Shown here piece by piece: positions 40,816-49,939 of a stretch of DNA of 64,000 nucleotides. How positions within the stretch are numbered: position 1 is the stretch's first letter; every line of letters starts with the position of its first letter. A program made the position numbers and the translations under genes. The notes under the pieces were generated by a model. It saw only the letters and a list, made by a program, of their open reading frames with translations. It was not told where the DNA came from and made no database searches. The stretch lies in NCBI GenBank assembly GCA_049570475.1, contig CP186953.1:576001-640000 (forward strand), written 5' to 3'. This DNA is from Candidatus Methanosuratincola verstraetei. GTDB taxonomy: Archaea > Thermoproteota > Methanomethylicia > Methanomethylicales > Methanomethylicaceae.

Positions 40816-41802
40816 TTGGTTCTGGTCCTCAGCAGCACCGAGGTCAGAGCGGCCCTGCCTATGCGTGAGGCGATAAGGTCCATCGAGGAGGGCTTCAGGG
40901 CACTCGGGGCGGGGAGGGCATTTGTCCCGAAGCGGCTGGTGGTCCCCGTCGAGGAGTTTGGCGGCAGCCTGCTCTGCATGCCAGCGTACATCACTGACCA
41001 GGAAGCCCTGGCGGTCAAGGCGGTATCGGTCTACCCGAGGAACCAAGAGATGGGGCGGCCGACCGTGAGCGCGGTCGCGATCCTCCTGGATCCAAGGACA
41101 GGGGAGCCGCTGGCAATGATCGAGGGAGGCTCGCTCACGGCGATCAGGACCGGCGCGGCGGCAGGGATTGCCACCAAGCGCCTGGCAGTGGACGGGGCGC
41201 GGAGGGTTGGCGTATTCGGGGCCGGGGCGGTAGGGAGGGCGGCTGTTGAGGCGGTCAAGGAGGTGCTCGGCGATCCGGTTGTCAAGGTATACGATGTGGT
41301 CAGGGCCAGGGCGGAGAGGTGCGCGAGGGAGATCTCCAGGAACCTCGAGATCAGCGCATCGGTCGCGTCTGATCCTAGGGATGCCGCCTCAGGGGCTGAC
41401 GTGATCGTGACCGCGACGACTTCGGAGACTCCAGTCTTCGACGGCAGGTGCCTGGAGTCAGGGGCGCACGTCAATGCGATGGGGTCCCACAGCCCCGATG
41501 CGAGGGAGATCGACACGGCAACGCTCCTGAGGGCGAGGGGGCGGATCGTCCTGGACTCGAAGGAGGCGTGCATGGCGGAGGCTGGCGACATACTGATCCC
41601 AATGGCGGAGGGCGCGATACGCGAGTCGGACATATTCGGCGAGCTAGGGGAGGTCATAGCCAAGGGGAAAGCGGTCAGGCGGTCGGACAGGGACGTGACG
41701 CTCTTCAAGTCCGTCGGCGTCGCGGTGCAGGACGCTGCGGCTGCGGCTGCGGTCTACAAGATAGCTAAGGCTGCCGGCATAGGTAGGGAGATCCAGCTCT
41801 GA
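40816..41802 (+). CDS. Ornithine cyclodeaminase / archaeal alanine dehydrogenase family
   Basis: MPAY, LTAIRTGA, GAG..G, GAHVNAMG, FKSVG.AVQD. Confidence 0.92.
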   Translation: MVLVLSSTEVRAALPMREAIRSIEEGFRALGAGRAFVPKRLVVPVEEFGGSLLCMPAYITDQEALAVKAVSVYPRNQEMGRPTVSAVAILLDPRTGEPLAMIEGGSLTAIRTGAAAGIATKRLAVDGARRVGVFGAGAVGRAAVEAVKEVLGDPVVKVYDVVRARAERCAREISRNLEISASVASDPRDAASGADVIVTATTSETPVFDGRCLESGAHVNAMGSHSPDAREIDTATLLRARGRIVLDSKEACMAEAGDILIPMAEGAIRESDIFGELGEVIAKGKAVRRSDRDVTLFKSVGVAVQDAAAAAAVYKIAKAAGIGREIQL

Positions 41803-41866
41803 ACGGGGAGGGGGGCGGATTGGCGGGCCCCGTAGGCCGGTCTGCTGGGATCGGCAGGCATGCGTT

Positions 41867-43330
41867 TCATTCCCCGTACAGGACTTCCAAGAGGTACCTT
41901 ATGTAAGGCTGGAACTGCTCCATCCTCCGCTTGGAGACGAAGGCTGAGGATATCTCTGCGAGGTCGGACTTCTTCACTATGCCGAGCCGGGCGTAGCATA
42001 TCGCGGATATGGCCAGCACCAGCGGTCCGCCGATGTACCAAGGGAACTGGAGGAGCCACGCAGGAACCGCGGCCGCGATCGGGATCAAGGAGACGAGCAG
42101 GGAGCTCCTCCACCCCACAGAGTAGCCGATCGGCTTGGCCATGAAGTAGACCGCGGCAGTCGCGACGAAGAATCCGAGCACATAGGATAGGGCCGCGCCG
42201 TTCTCGCCCCAGGCGAATACCATTAACGGGTAAAGGATGAGCCTGGGCAGGTTGTAGGCGAAGCCGAGGATGGTAACGTCCCGGTATCTCCCGTAGGCGT
42301 ATATGAGGGAGCTGAAGCCCGACGGTATCGGCGAGACGAAGGCTGCCAGGAGGAGGATCTGGAGCGCAGTGGATGACCCGACGTACTCGGGCCCCAGGAG
42401 GGAGAGCGGGACGCTGGGGTATGCGATCACGGCGGCCGCGAGCGGGGCTACGATGGCGCTGGTCAGCAGGATCGCCCGGTACGTCGCACGCTTCCGCCCG
42501 TCTTCCATCCCGCTCAGGACTGGGAACATCAGCCCGAGGAGGGAGAGGGGGAGGGAGAAGACTATGCTGGCTATGACGAACGCGACGTAGTAAGTGCCCG
42601 CCTCCAAGTTCCCGGAGATCCCGTAGACGCCGAGGACCCCGAACCACGAGCCCGCAGTCGCGACGAGCGAAGGGATCCATGAGGGGAGGCCCGTCCGGAC
42701 CGCCTCTGCGGCTGACTTTGAGGAGGGGGCGCTCAAGCGGACCTCGCCGCGCAGCGCGAGGTACATCCCGAGGTTCTGCACAGCGGACGATACGATGTAC
42801 GCCGCCATCACCCCAGCGAAGGACCAGCCGAGGTAGAGGAGCAGTATCCCGATAGCCAGGCGGAGGATGCTCGCGCCCATCGCAGAGAGGGCGATGACGC
42901 TCGTCCTGAGGCTTGCGTTGTAGTAGGCCTGGAGGACGGGGAGTGAGGAAGAGAGGAGGATGAGCACGGTGACGTAGGGGACCTCGAAGTCGGGTATCGA
43001 GAAGAATCCCCCCAGCAGGTACACGAGCACGGCTGCCACCGCGCTGAGGAGGATCGAGAGGGAGAGGCTCGAGAAGAGGTGGACGCTGACCTTGTCGCGC
43101 TCCCCATGGCCGAGCGCCCTCCCGACCATCCGGGTCAGCCCGGAGGAGATCCCGAGGCCGAAGACGCTGCTCACGACCGAGACTATGCCCACCACCGCGG
43201 CGGCGTCGCCTATCACTGCTGCCCCAACGAACCTAGTCGCGACGAGCCAGTAGACGAAGCCCAAAAAGTTGCCTACCAGCCCCGAGACGTACAGCCAGAG
43301 GCTCGACCGGATGACCTTGTTGAGGGACAT
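41867..43330 (-). CDS. MOP-family oligosaccharide flippase
   Basis: About 14 TM segments; Wzx-like N-terminus, AGTYYVA, LMFPVLS. Confidence 0.85.
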   Translation of the reverse strand: MSLNKVIRSSLWLYVSGLVGNFLGFVYWLVATRFVGAAVIGDAAAVVGIVSVVSSVFGLGISSGLTRMVGRALGHGERDKVSVHLFSSLSLSILLSAVAAVLVYLLGGFFSIPDFEVPYVTVLILLSSSLPVLQAYYNASLRTSVIALSAMGASILRLAIGILLLYLGWSFAGVMAAYIVSSAVQNLGMYLALRGEVRLSAPSSKSAAEAVRTGLPSWIPSLVATAGSWFGVLGVYGISGNLEAGTYYVAFVIASIVFSLPLSLLGLMFPVLSGMEDGRKRATYRAILLTSAIVAPLAAAVIAYPSVPLSLLGPEYVGSSTALQILLLAAFVSPIPSGFSSLIYAYGRYRDVTILGFAYNLPRLILYPLMVFAWGENGAALSYVLGFFVATAAVYFMAKPIGYSVGWRSSLLVSLIPIAAAVPAWLLQFPWYIGGPLVLAISAICYARLGIVKKSDLAEISSAFVSKRRMEQFQPYIRYLLEVLYGE

Positions 43331-43496
43331 GGGCGACCGCTCGCTAGCTTGTTTGATCAGCCGATTGCTTCATTCGACGCTCTGACGATATCTGTCCTGG
43401 TCGGATTTATCCTTTCCCAGTACCCCCAATTTGGAGGGCGCCGAGGGTGCCCAAAGGTTATTAGCAATACAGCCGGAGATTCAATTGTGAGGGGAA

Positions 43497-43652
43497 ATGT
43501 GCGAAAGGACAGGCGATCTGCCCAAGGCAATATGCCCAGTATGCCTCTCGAGCGACGTGATCGAGATTGACGGGTCGCAGACGAGGATGAAGTGCACGCG
43601 CTGCGGTTATGCAGGGGAGAAGGACCTGTTCTGGACGAGGACAAACGAGTGA
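43497..43652 (+). CDS. 51-aa zinc-ribbon microprotein
   Basis: Manual translation MCERTGDLPKAICPVCLSSDVIEIDGSQTRMKCTRCGYAGEKDLFWTRTNE; CPxC-x16-CxxCGY; GAGGGG upstream. Confidence 0.75.
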   Translation: MCERTGDLPKAICPVCLSSDVIEIDGSQTRMKCTRCGYAGEKDLFWTRTNE

Positions 43653-43751
43653 AATCAGGGCTCGACTGAATGCGCAGCATGCCGGAGCGGAGGGAGGCTG
43701 CATCGGGTAAGATCCGCCCCGGCAATGCAAACGGGGGTGGACTTGCTTTCC

Positions 43752-44921
43752 CTAGGCAGGGCGCTGCGACCTAAGACGGCCCCATATGCCTCTTGGCTTG
43801 CCCTTCGCAGTGCCATTTACCTTGCCATCCGCCTCGCCCGCGGCTTTCTCAGCCTGACCGACGGTCCCTGGGGCCGGCTCGACCCTTATCGTCTCAATGG
43901 GCTTCTCTGGGATGATGCCGCCTGGCTTGTAGATGAGGATGATTATCAGCGCGAGACCCAGGAGTATGAGGTCGAGCCACACGACGTCGAAAGGCAGGAA
44001 TGGGGCGAAGATGTCCTTGTAGAAGACTATCAGCTTCCTGACCGTGACGAACACGAACGTCCCAACTACCACGCCGAGGTTGTTTGCTGCGCCTCCCAGG
44101 ATTACCATTACCCAAGGCCAGAAGGTCCAGCTCACCCTCGAATAAGCGGTCGCGACCACGTTCGCCGTGTAGAAGGCGTAGAGTGCGCCGCCGATTGCCG
44201 CGATCGCAGCCGAGAAGATTATCACCTTTATCCGGTAGCTCCTTGCGTCCTTGCCCAGCGCGAGGGCGGAGTTCTCGTCGTCCCTGATCGCCCTCAGCAC
44301 CCTGCCGAGGGGGGAGTGCGTCAGCCTTTGGGCGTACAGGAAGACGACCAGCGCCATCAGGAGCATGAATGCGGTCACTGTGAGGTTCCGCATCTCCCCG
44401 CCGGAGAGCCCGAATATGCTGAAGTTCGAGGCCCAGCCGAACGGGTCAGGCGTCGCTATCCCGAGCGTCCCGCCGACGAGGGGAGGGAAGTTGTTCCCTA
44501 TGACCAGGAGGACCTCGCCCACCGCGAGGAAGGTCATGCCGAGGTAGTCCATCCTCAGCCTGGCGACGGGGGCAGACATCACCAGCCCGAGGAATGCCCC
44601 GAAGAGCACGACTGCGACCAGGGTGATCAGGAGGGTCCCGAGGGAGAGGGCTACGTCGCTGCTGAGGCGTGAGTTGATCGCGGTGATTATGAAGGCGTTC
44701 TGGGCGACGTAGTCCATGCCCTCGCCGACCCCCAGGAAGGCTGCGAGGAGCCTGCCGGGGAGGAGGCCGACCATGAAGGCGCCGCCGGCGACCGCCAGGG
44801 TCTTCCCGAAGTTGGGGACGCCTCCGAACCCGTACTCCAGGTTGAGGCTCAGGGTGACTATCACGTATGGCACGAAGGTAGCCAACAGATCCAAGAGGAA
44901 TAGGGCTTCGGGCGGGAGCAT
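43752..44921 (-). CDS. livM: Branched-chain amino acid ABC permease (LivM-like)
   Basis: SLNLEYG, RLRMDYL, RAIRDDE, VILGG, PGGI. Confidence 0.9.
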   Translation of the reverse strand: MLPPEALFLLDLLATFVPYVIVTLSLNLEYGFGGVPNFGKTLAVAGGAFMVGLLPGRLLAAFLGVGEGMDYVAQNAFIITAINSRLSSDVALSLGTLLITLVAVVLFGAFLGLVMSAPVARLRMDYLGMTFLAVGEVLLVIGNNFPPLVGGTLGIATPDPFGWASNFSIFGLSGGEMRNLTVTAFMLLMALVVFLYAQRLTHSPLGRVLRAIRDDENSALALGKDARSYRIKVIIFSAAIAAIGGALYAFYTANVVATAYSRVSWTFWPWVMVILGGAANNLGVVVGTFVFVTVRKLIVFYKDIFAPFLPFDVVWLDLILLGLALIIILIYKPGGIIPEKPIETIRVEPAPGTVGQAEKAAGEADGKVNGTAKGKPRGIWGRLRSQRPA

Positions 44922-44928
44922 CGAAATC

Positions 44929-45870
44929 CTACCTCCTCCTGAACCTTGTTGCGAGCTTGCGGAAGTCCATCCCGGTGATCCCCCGCGGCGCAAGCATCAG
45001 GACTATGACCATCGCGAGCAGCGGTATGATCGGCCGGTAGGGTATCACCCAGGAGCCGAAGGGGGGTCCCATTGAAGCCAGAACCCTTATTATGAGGATC
45101 TCAGCGAAGCCGATCACGAACCCCCCTATCACCGCCCCGTAGATTTTGTAGATCCCGCCTATCACGGCGGCGGCGAATATGCTGATCAGGAGGTAGCTCC
45201 CCGTGTCGGGGTTCCCTATGAACCACAGGGGGAGCATGCTCCCCGCGATCCCTGCCAAGCCGCCCGCAATGAACCACGAGACCAGATAGACCAAGTTGGA
45301 GTTGATCCCGACTGTGCCTGCCAGGGGGGCGTTCTCTATAGTGGCGCGCATGGCGATCCCGAACTTGGTCCTGACGAGCAAGAAGTGGAGGGACGCTATT
45401 ATCGCAATGACCAAGAGGGGGGCGACGAGCACCACGCCCCTGATGTCCATAAAGGCGAAGTCGTAGGGCTTCAGCTGGAAATACCTCGACAGGATGAAGA
45501 AGCTCTTCGAGAGGTAGTCTGCCAGGATGTTTATGCTGGAGAGCAGCAGGAGCTCGAAGGCTATGGTGGCAACCATCATCGTCGTTATTGACGCGTTCCT
45601 CCTGTCCAGCGGCCTCATCACGAGGACGTATTGGAGGACCCCGACGAGCCCCGTTATCAGGAAGGCGGGGATTATGCTTGCATAGATGTTTGCGCCCAGC
45701 ACCCTCGTGACGATCAGGCTCAGGTATATCCCCACAGTGCCCAGGCTCCCGTGCGCGAAGTTGGGGACCTTCGTGGTCAGGTAGGTGAGGGTCAGGCCCA
45801 TGGTGAGGAGGGTCAGGAGGCTTGAGAAGACCACGGCATCCAGCAACACATTGATGTCCAGCAAAGGCAT
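44929..45870 (-). CDS. livH: Branched-chain amino acid ABC permease (LivH-like)
   Basis: GLTL...NFAHG, TKFGIAMRA, PRGI. Confidence 0.9.
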   Translation of the reverse strand: MPLLDINVLLDAVVFSSLLTLLTMGLTLTYLTTKVPNFAHGSLGTVGIYLSLIVTRVLGANIYASIIPAFLITGLVGVLQYVLVMRPLDRRNASITTMMVATIAFELLLLSSINILADYLSKSFFILSRYFQLKPYDFAFMDIRGVVLVAPLLVIAIIASLHFLLVRTKFGIAMRATIENAPLAGTVGINSNLVYLVSWFIAGGLAGIAGSMLPLWFIGNPDTGSYLLISIFAAAVIGGIYKIYGAVIGGFVIGFAEILIIRVLASMGPPFGSWVIPYRPIIPLLAMVIVLMLAPRGITGMDFRKLATRFRRR

Positions 45871-45932
45871 ACCATCCGTAATTGTCAGTTCTTATAAAAA
45901 TCTATATATGTTATCTTCGCAATTAATAAATC

Positions 45933-45956
45933 TATCTCTTAACAATGTAAGAGATA
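45933..45956. promoter_or_regulatory. Perfect 9-bp inverted repeat TATCTCTTA-N6-TAAGAGATA, candidate operator
   Basis: Lies between TATA-like TTAATAAA (45923-45930) and the SBP gene, in the divergent liv promoter region. Confidence 0.65.
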
Positions 45957-45974
45957 AAAGGATTGGTGGTTTGT

Positions 45975-47255
45975 ATTAGGAAAACTCGAGGAATCTCTAC
46001 AGCATTAGCAGCTGTAGCAATTGTGGCAATGCTGGTGGTAGGAATCGTAGGCGGATACCTTATCGCGCCGAAGACTACGACGGTTTCCGGAGGGCTCAGC
46101 GGGGAGATACTCATCGGAGCCCCACTCCCGCTGACTGGAGTGCTCGGCACCTACGGGGAGAACGCCAGGGTGGCCCTCCAGCTAGCCGAGAGCGAGATCA
46201 ACGCGATGCTGAACGCGACCAACGCAGGCTACAGGATAAAGATACTCTTCGAGGACACGGAGACTAAGCCCGATATCGCGCTGCAGAAGGTCCAGTCGCT
46301 CGCAGCGAAGGGCTGCAAGGTCATGCTCGGGCTCTACTCGAGCGGCGAGGTGAGGAACTGCAGGACTTACGCGGAAACGAACAAGATACTGCTCATCTCG
46401 CCGTCCTCGACCGCCCCCGACCTCGCGATACCAAACGACTTCATCTTCAGGTTCTGCCCGTCCGACGACAAGCAGGGCCCTGCGATGGCAATGGGCATGT
46501 ACAGCAAGGGCATCAGGTACATCGTCTGCATGTGGAGGGGCGACACCTACGGTGACGGTCTTGTAAACGCGACCAAGACCAGGTTCCAGCAGCTCGGGGG
46601 GAGCTTCTCCTCTTCCCAGGACATCAGGTACAACCAGGACGCCAAGGAGTTCTCGACCGAGGTCGCAACGCTCGCTAATTACGTGCAGTCAGCCGTCAAC
46701 ACCTACGGCGCAGACAAGGTTGCGGTCTACGCAGTGACGTTCGAGGAGATCACCGCAATCATGAGCGCGGCGAGCCAGTACCCGGTCCTCTCCCAGGTCA
46801 AGTGGTTCGGGTGCGACGGTTCTGCGCTCTCGGAGCAGCTGACGAGCGACCCGATCGCGGCGAACTTCGCAGTCCAGGTGAGCTTCGATTCCACGTACTT
46901 CGCCCCTGCCGAGTCTGAGAACCTGATCAAGGTCAGGGACTACATCCAGCAGAGGCTCGGGAGGACTGCGGATCCGTACGCGTACGGCATCTACGACGAG
47001 CTCTACGTGGTCGTGAAGGCAATGGGCCTTGCGGGCAAGTACGACGGCCAAGCCATACAGAAGGTCATATCTCCGGTCGCGAAGGTGACGTTCGGCGCCA
47101 GCGGCTGGTGCAAGCTCAACCCGGCGGGGGACAGGGACATCGCGGACTATGAGTTCTGGGCCCCGTACAGGGTCAACGCCACGACCTACAGCTGGTACAA
47201 GAGCGGGGTATACACGGCAACCTCGGACTCTGTGACTTGGTTCAGTCCGCCTTGA
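45975..47255 (+). CDS. LivK-like ABC substrate-binding protein with class III signal peptide (start uncertain: ATT 45975 or TTG 45963)
   Basis: RG/IST plus hydrophobic stretch; PLTG, EDT, ISPSSTA, FRFCP.D. Confidence 0.9.
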   Translation: MRKTRGISTALAAVAIVAMLVVGIVGGYLIAPKTTTVSGGLSGEILIGAPLPLTGVLGTYGENARVALQLAESEINAMLNATNAGYRIKILFEDTETKPDIALQKVQSLAAKGCKVMLGLYSSGEVRNCRTYAETNKILLISPSSTAPDLAIPNDFIFRFCPSDDKQGPAMAMGMYSKGIRYIVCMWRGDTYGDGLVNATKTRFQQLGGSFSSSQDIRYNQDAKEFSTEVATLANYVQSAVNTYGADKVAVYAVTFEEITAIMSAASQYPVLSQVKWFGCDGSALSEQLTSDPIAANFAVQVSFDSTYFAPAESENLIKVRDYIQQRLGRTADPYAYGIYDELYVVVKAMGLAGKYDGQAIQKVISPVAKVTFGASGWCKLNPAGDRDIADYEFWAPYRVNATTYSWYKSGVYTATSDSVTWFSPP

Positions 47256-47350
47256 GGCGGGCTGAAAAATTCCCCTTTTTTATTATTATCATCATAGAAA
47301 CGCTAATATCCACCTTTCATGAAGTTAATTCAAACTGAAAAGTGATTGGT

Positions 47351-48118
47351 TTGTCCCTCCCCATACTCTCTACGAAGGGCGTTAGGAAGACTTTTGGGGG
47401 ACTGTGCGCGCTCAGCGGCGTCGACATCGAAGTGCAGCCAGGGACGATGACGATGCTCATCGGCCCGAACGGAAGCGGGAAGACGACCCTGCTCAACGTG
47501 ATATCAGGGTTCTACAGGCCGGACGGCGGGAAAGTCCTGTTCGAGGAGAGGGATATAACAGGGATGCGCCCGGAGAGGATCTCGAAGATGGGGCTCGTGA
47601 GGACGTTCCAGGTCCCCTCCCCGTTCCAGAAGCTCTCGGTGCTCGAGAACCTCCTCATTGCGGGGGACGGGAACCCGGGGGAGTCATTCATTCTCGCGCC
47701 GCTCAGGAAGGCGTGGGTGAAGAAGGAGAAGGAGATCTACGATAGGGCGCTGAAGAACCTCGAGCTCCTGAGTCTTACGCACCTATGGGACAAGCCCGCG
47801 GGCACGCTGAGCGGTGGTCAGCTCAAGCTGCTTGAGGTGGGCAGGGCCCTGATGACCGGGGCGAGGCTGATAATGATGGACGAGCCAGCGTCCGGGCTGA
47901 ACCCGACCCTGGCGCACAAGGTGTTCGAGCACCTTGACCGGGTGAAGAAGGAGACCGGGCTGACGTTCCTGATAATAGAGCACAGGCTGGACATCGCCCT
48001 CCAGTACGTCGACTATGTGTATGCTATGGCCAGCGGGCAGGTAATTGCCCACGGGAAGGGGGACGAGGTGATGGCGAATCCTAAGGTGATTGAGGGGTAC
48101 CTCGGGAGTGCTGAGTGA
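47351..48118 (+). CDS. livG: ABC ATP-binding protein (LivG-like)
   Basis: GPNGSGKTT, LSGGQ, MDEP, IEH. Confidence 0.92.
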   Translation: MSLPILSTKGVRKTFGGLCALSGVDIEVQPGTMTMLIGPNGSGKTTLLNVISGFYRPDGGKVLFEERDITGMRPERISKMGLVRTFQVPSPFQKLSVLENLLIAGDGNPGESFILAPLRKAWVKKEKEIYDRALKNLELLSLTHLWDKPAGTLSGGQLKLLEVGRALMTGARLIMMDEPASGLNPTLAHKVFEHLDRVKKETGLTFLIIEHRLDIALQYVDYVYAMASGQVIAHGKGDEVMANPKVIEGYLGSAE

Positions 48119-48121
48119 TCG

Positions 48122-48862
48122 GTGATAGAGCTCCAGGGAGTCAACGCCGGCTACGGCAAATTCCACGTCCTGTTCGACATTAACGTGCACTTCGAGAAGG
48201 AGAAGCTCACGGTCGTGGTCGGCCCGAACGGCTCGGGGAAGAGCACGGTGCTGAAGACCATATTCGGGCTGACGAGCGTCTACTCGGGGAAGGTCATCTT
48301 CAAGGGGGAGGAGATCACCGGGACGCCCCCCCATGCGGTCGCCAAGAGGGGGATAGCCTACGTGCCGCAGGTCGGCAACATCTTCGGCAACCTCACTGTG
48401 AAGGAGAACCTCATAATGGCGGGGTACACGCTCCCGAAGGAAAGGGTCGAGGCAGGCGTCAGGGAAGTGACCGGGTTCTACCCCTTCCTCAGGGACTTCT
48501 TCAACAGGAAGGCGGGAACGATGAGCGGGGGGGAGAGGCAGATGCTGGCAATGGCGATGGCGCTCATGAGGAAGCCCGAGGTGATGCTCTTCGACGAGCC
48601 GACGGCGAACCTGTCGCCCAAGATGTCCACCGACGTCCTGGATGAGATCAAGAAGCTGAGGGACGAGCTCGGGATAACCGTGATCCTCGTGGAGCAGAAC
48701 GCGGTCAAGGCCCTCAAGTGCGGCGACAGGGCGATCCTTCTGGTGGGGGGGAAGGTCAATTTCGACGGGACGCCAGACGAGCTGCTGAGCTCGCCGGAGA
48801 TCGGGTCGCTCTACCTCGGGATCAAGAAGCCTGAGGCGGCTGGGAGCCCAACCGGGGCCTAG
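48122..48862 (+). CDS. livF: ABC ATP-binding protein (LivF-like)
   Basis: GPNGSGKST, MSGGERQ, FDEP, VEQN. Confidence 0.92.
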   Translation: MIELQGVNAGYGKFHVLFDINVHFEKEKLTVVVGPNGSGKSTVLKTIFGLTSVYSGKVIFKGEEITGTPPHAVAKRGIAYVPQVGNIFGNLTVKENLIMAGYTLPKERVEAGVREVTGFYPFLRDFFNRKAGTMSGGERQMLAMAMALMRKPEVMLFDEPTANLSPKMSTDVLDEIKKLRDELGITVILVEQNAVKALKCGDRAILLVGGKVNFDGTPDELLSSPEIGSLYLGIKKPEAAGSPTGA

Positions 48863-48880
48863 CCCGGGAGGAGAGGCCCG

Positions 48881-49819
48881 ATTCCCCGGTTCTGGGAGGG
48901 CGGGGGCTGGCTTGGCGGCAGCCTGGTGCTGGCTTCGGCGGTTGCGTTCGGCTTCCTGCCCATCTTCGCCAGGCTCGCCTACTCGGGAGGGGCGGGCACA
49001 TGGGGGCTGCTATTCGTAAGGTTCTCGACCGCCTTCGTGCTCCTCGGGGCGATCCTCGCGGCGAGGGGCGGGATCAAGGTGCCTGGCAGGGGGAGGCTGG
49101 CTACGCTGCTCCTGCTCGGGGCGGCGGGGTACTTCCTCCAGTCCACGCTCTACTTCACTGCCCTGCTTTATGCCCCTGTCTCGGTCGTAGCGCTGATCCT
49201 CTACACTTACCCCGTCTTCGTCACTGCAGCTTCATTCTCGCTCGGATTCGAGAGGCCCTCCGCACGCCTGCTGGTCGCGCTGGCGGCGGCGATGTCGGGC
49301 ATAGTGCTTGTGGCTGATCCGGTCATGGAGGGATCGGCGACAGGGGTCCTCCTAGCGCTCGGCGCCTCGGTGGTCTACACATTCTACATAGTCATCAGCA
49401 GCAGGGTGCTGAGGGAGGTGAGCGGGGAGCTCTCCACATTCTACGTGGTCGGCGGGGCAGCGGTCAGCTTCGGGGTCGTCGGGTCGCTCACGGGGGGCCT
49501 CTCGTTCGGGTGGGGGCAGGACACCTGGGTCTGGGCGATACTGATCGCGGTCATACCAACGGTCTTGGCGCTGACATTCTTCTTCAAAGGGCTCGCGATC
49601 GTCGGCCCAATGCGCGCCTCGATCCTGAGCACTGCGGAGATCGTGACCTCGGTGGCGGCGACCTCGGCGATATTCGGGGAGGGGCTCTCGCCGCTGCAGG
49701 CATTGGGCGGGGGGGTAATCATAGCGGCATCGCTGCTGGCTGCGATAGAAGGGAGGAGACCGACGGGAAGACCCCGGCATCCAAGGCAGGAAGCCTTGTC
49801 TCGAAATCTCAACATTTGA
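48881..49819 (+). CDS. DMT/EamA-family transporter (start uncertain: ATT 48881 or GTG 48926)
   Basis: Two EamA repeats, LYTYPVFV, FGEGLS..Q..GG. Confidence 0.88.
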   Translation: MPRFWEGGGWLGGSLVLASAVAFGFLPIFARLAYSGGAGTWGLLFVRFSTAFVLLGAILAARGGIKVPGRGRLATLLLLGAAGYFLQSTLYFTALLYAPVSVVALILYTYPVFVTAASFSLGFERPSARLLVALAAAMSGIVLVADPVMEGSATGVLLALGASVVYTFYIVISSRVLREVSGELSTFYVVGGAAVSFGVVGSLTGGLSFGWGQDTWVWAILIAVIPTVLALTFFFKGLAIVGPMRASILSTAEIVTSVAATSAIFGEGLSPLQALGGGVIIAASLLAAIEGRRPTGRPRHPRQEALSRNLNI

Positions 49820-49939
49820 TAATGAATATTGACTTGTTTCAAATAATGCCGCTAAGAGAAGGTGCGGTAGATTAAGCCCTGGTCAAATTAAGCTTGGAAA
49901 AAGCCAAGATTTATTATTTTACCGGGCATAGTATTAGAC

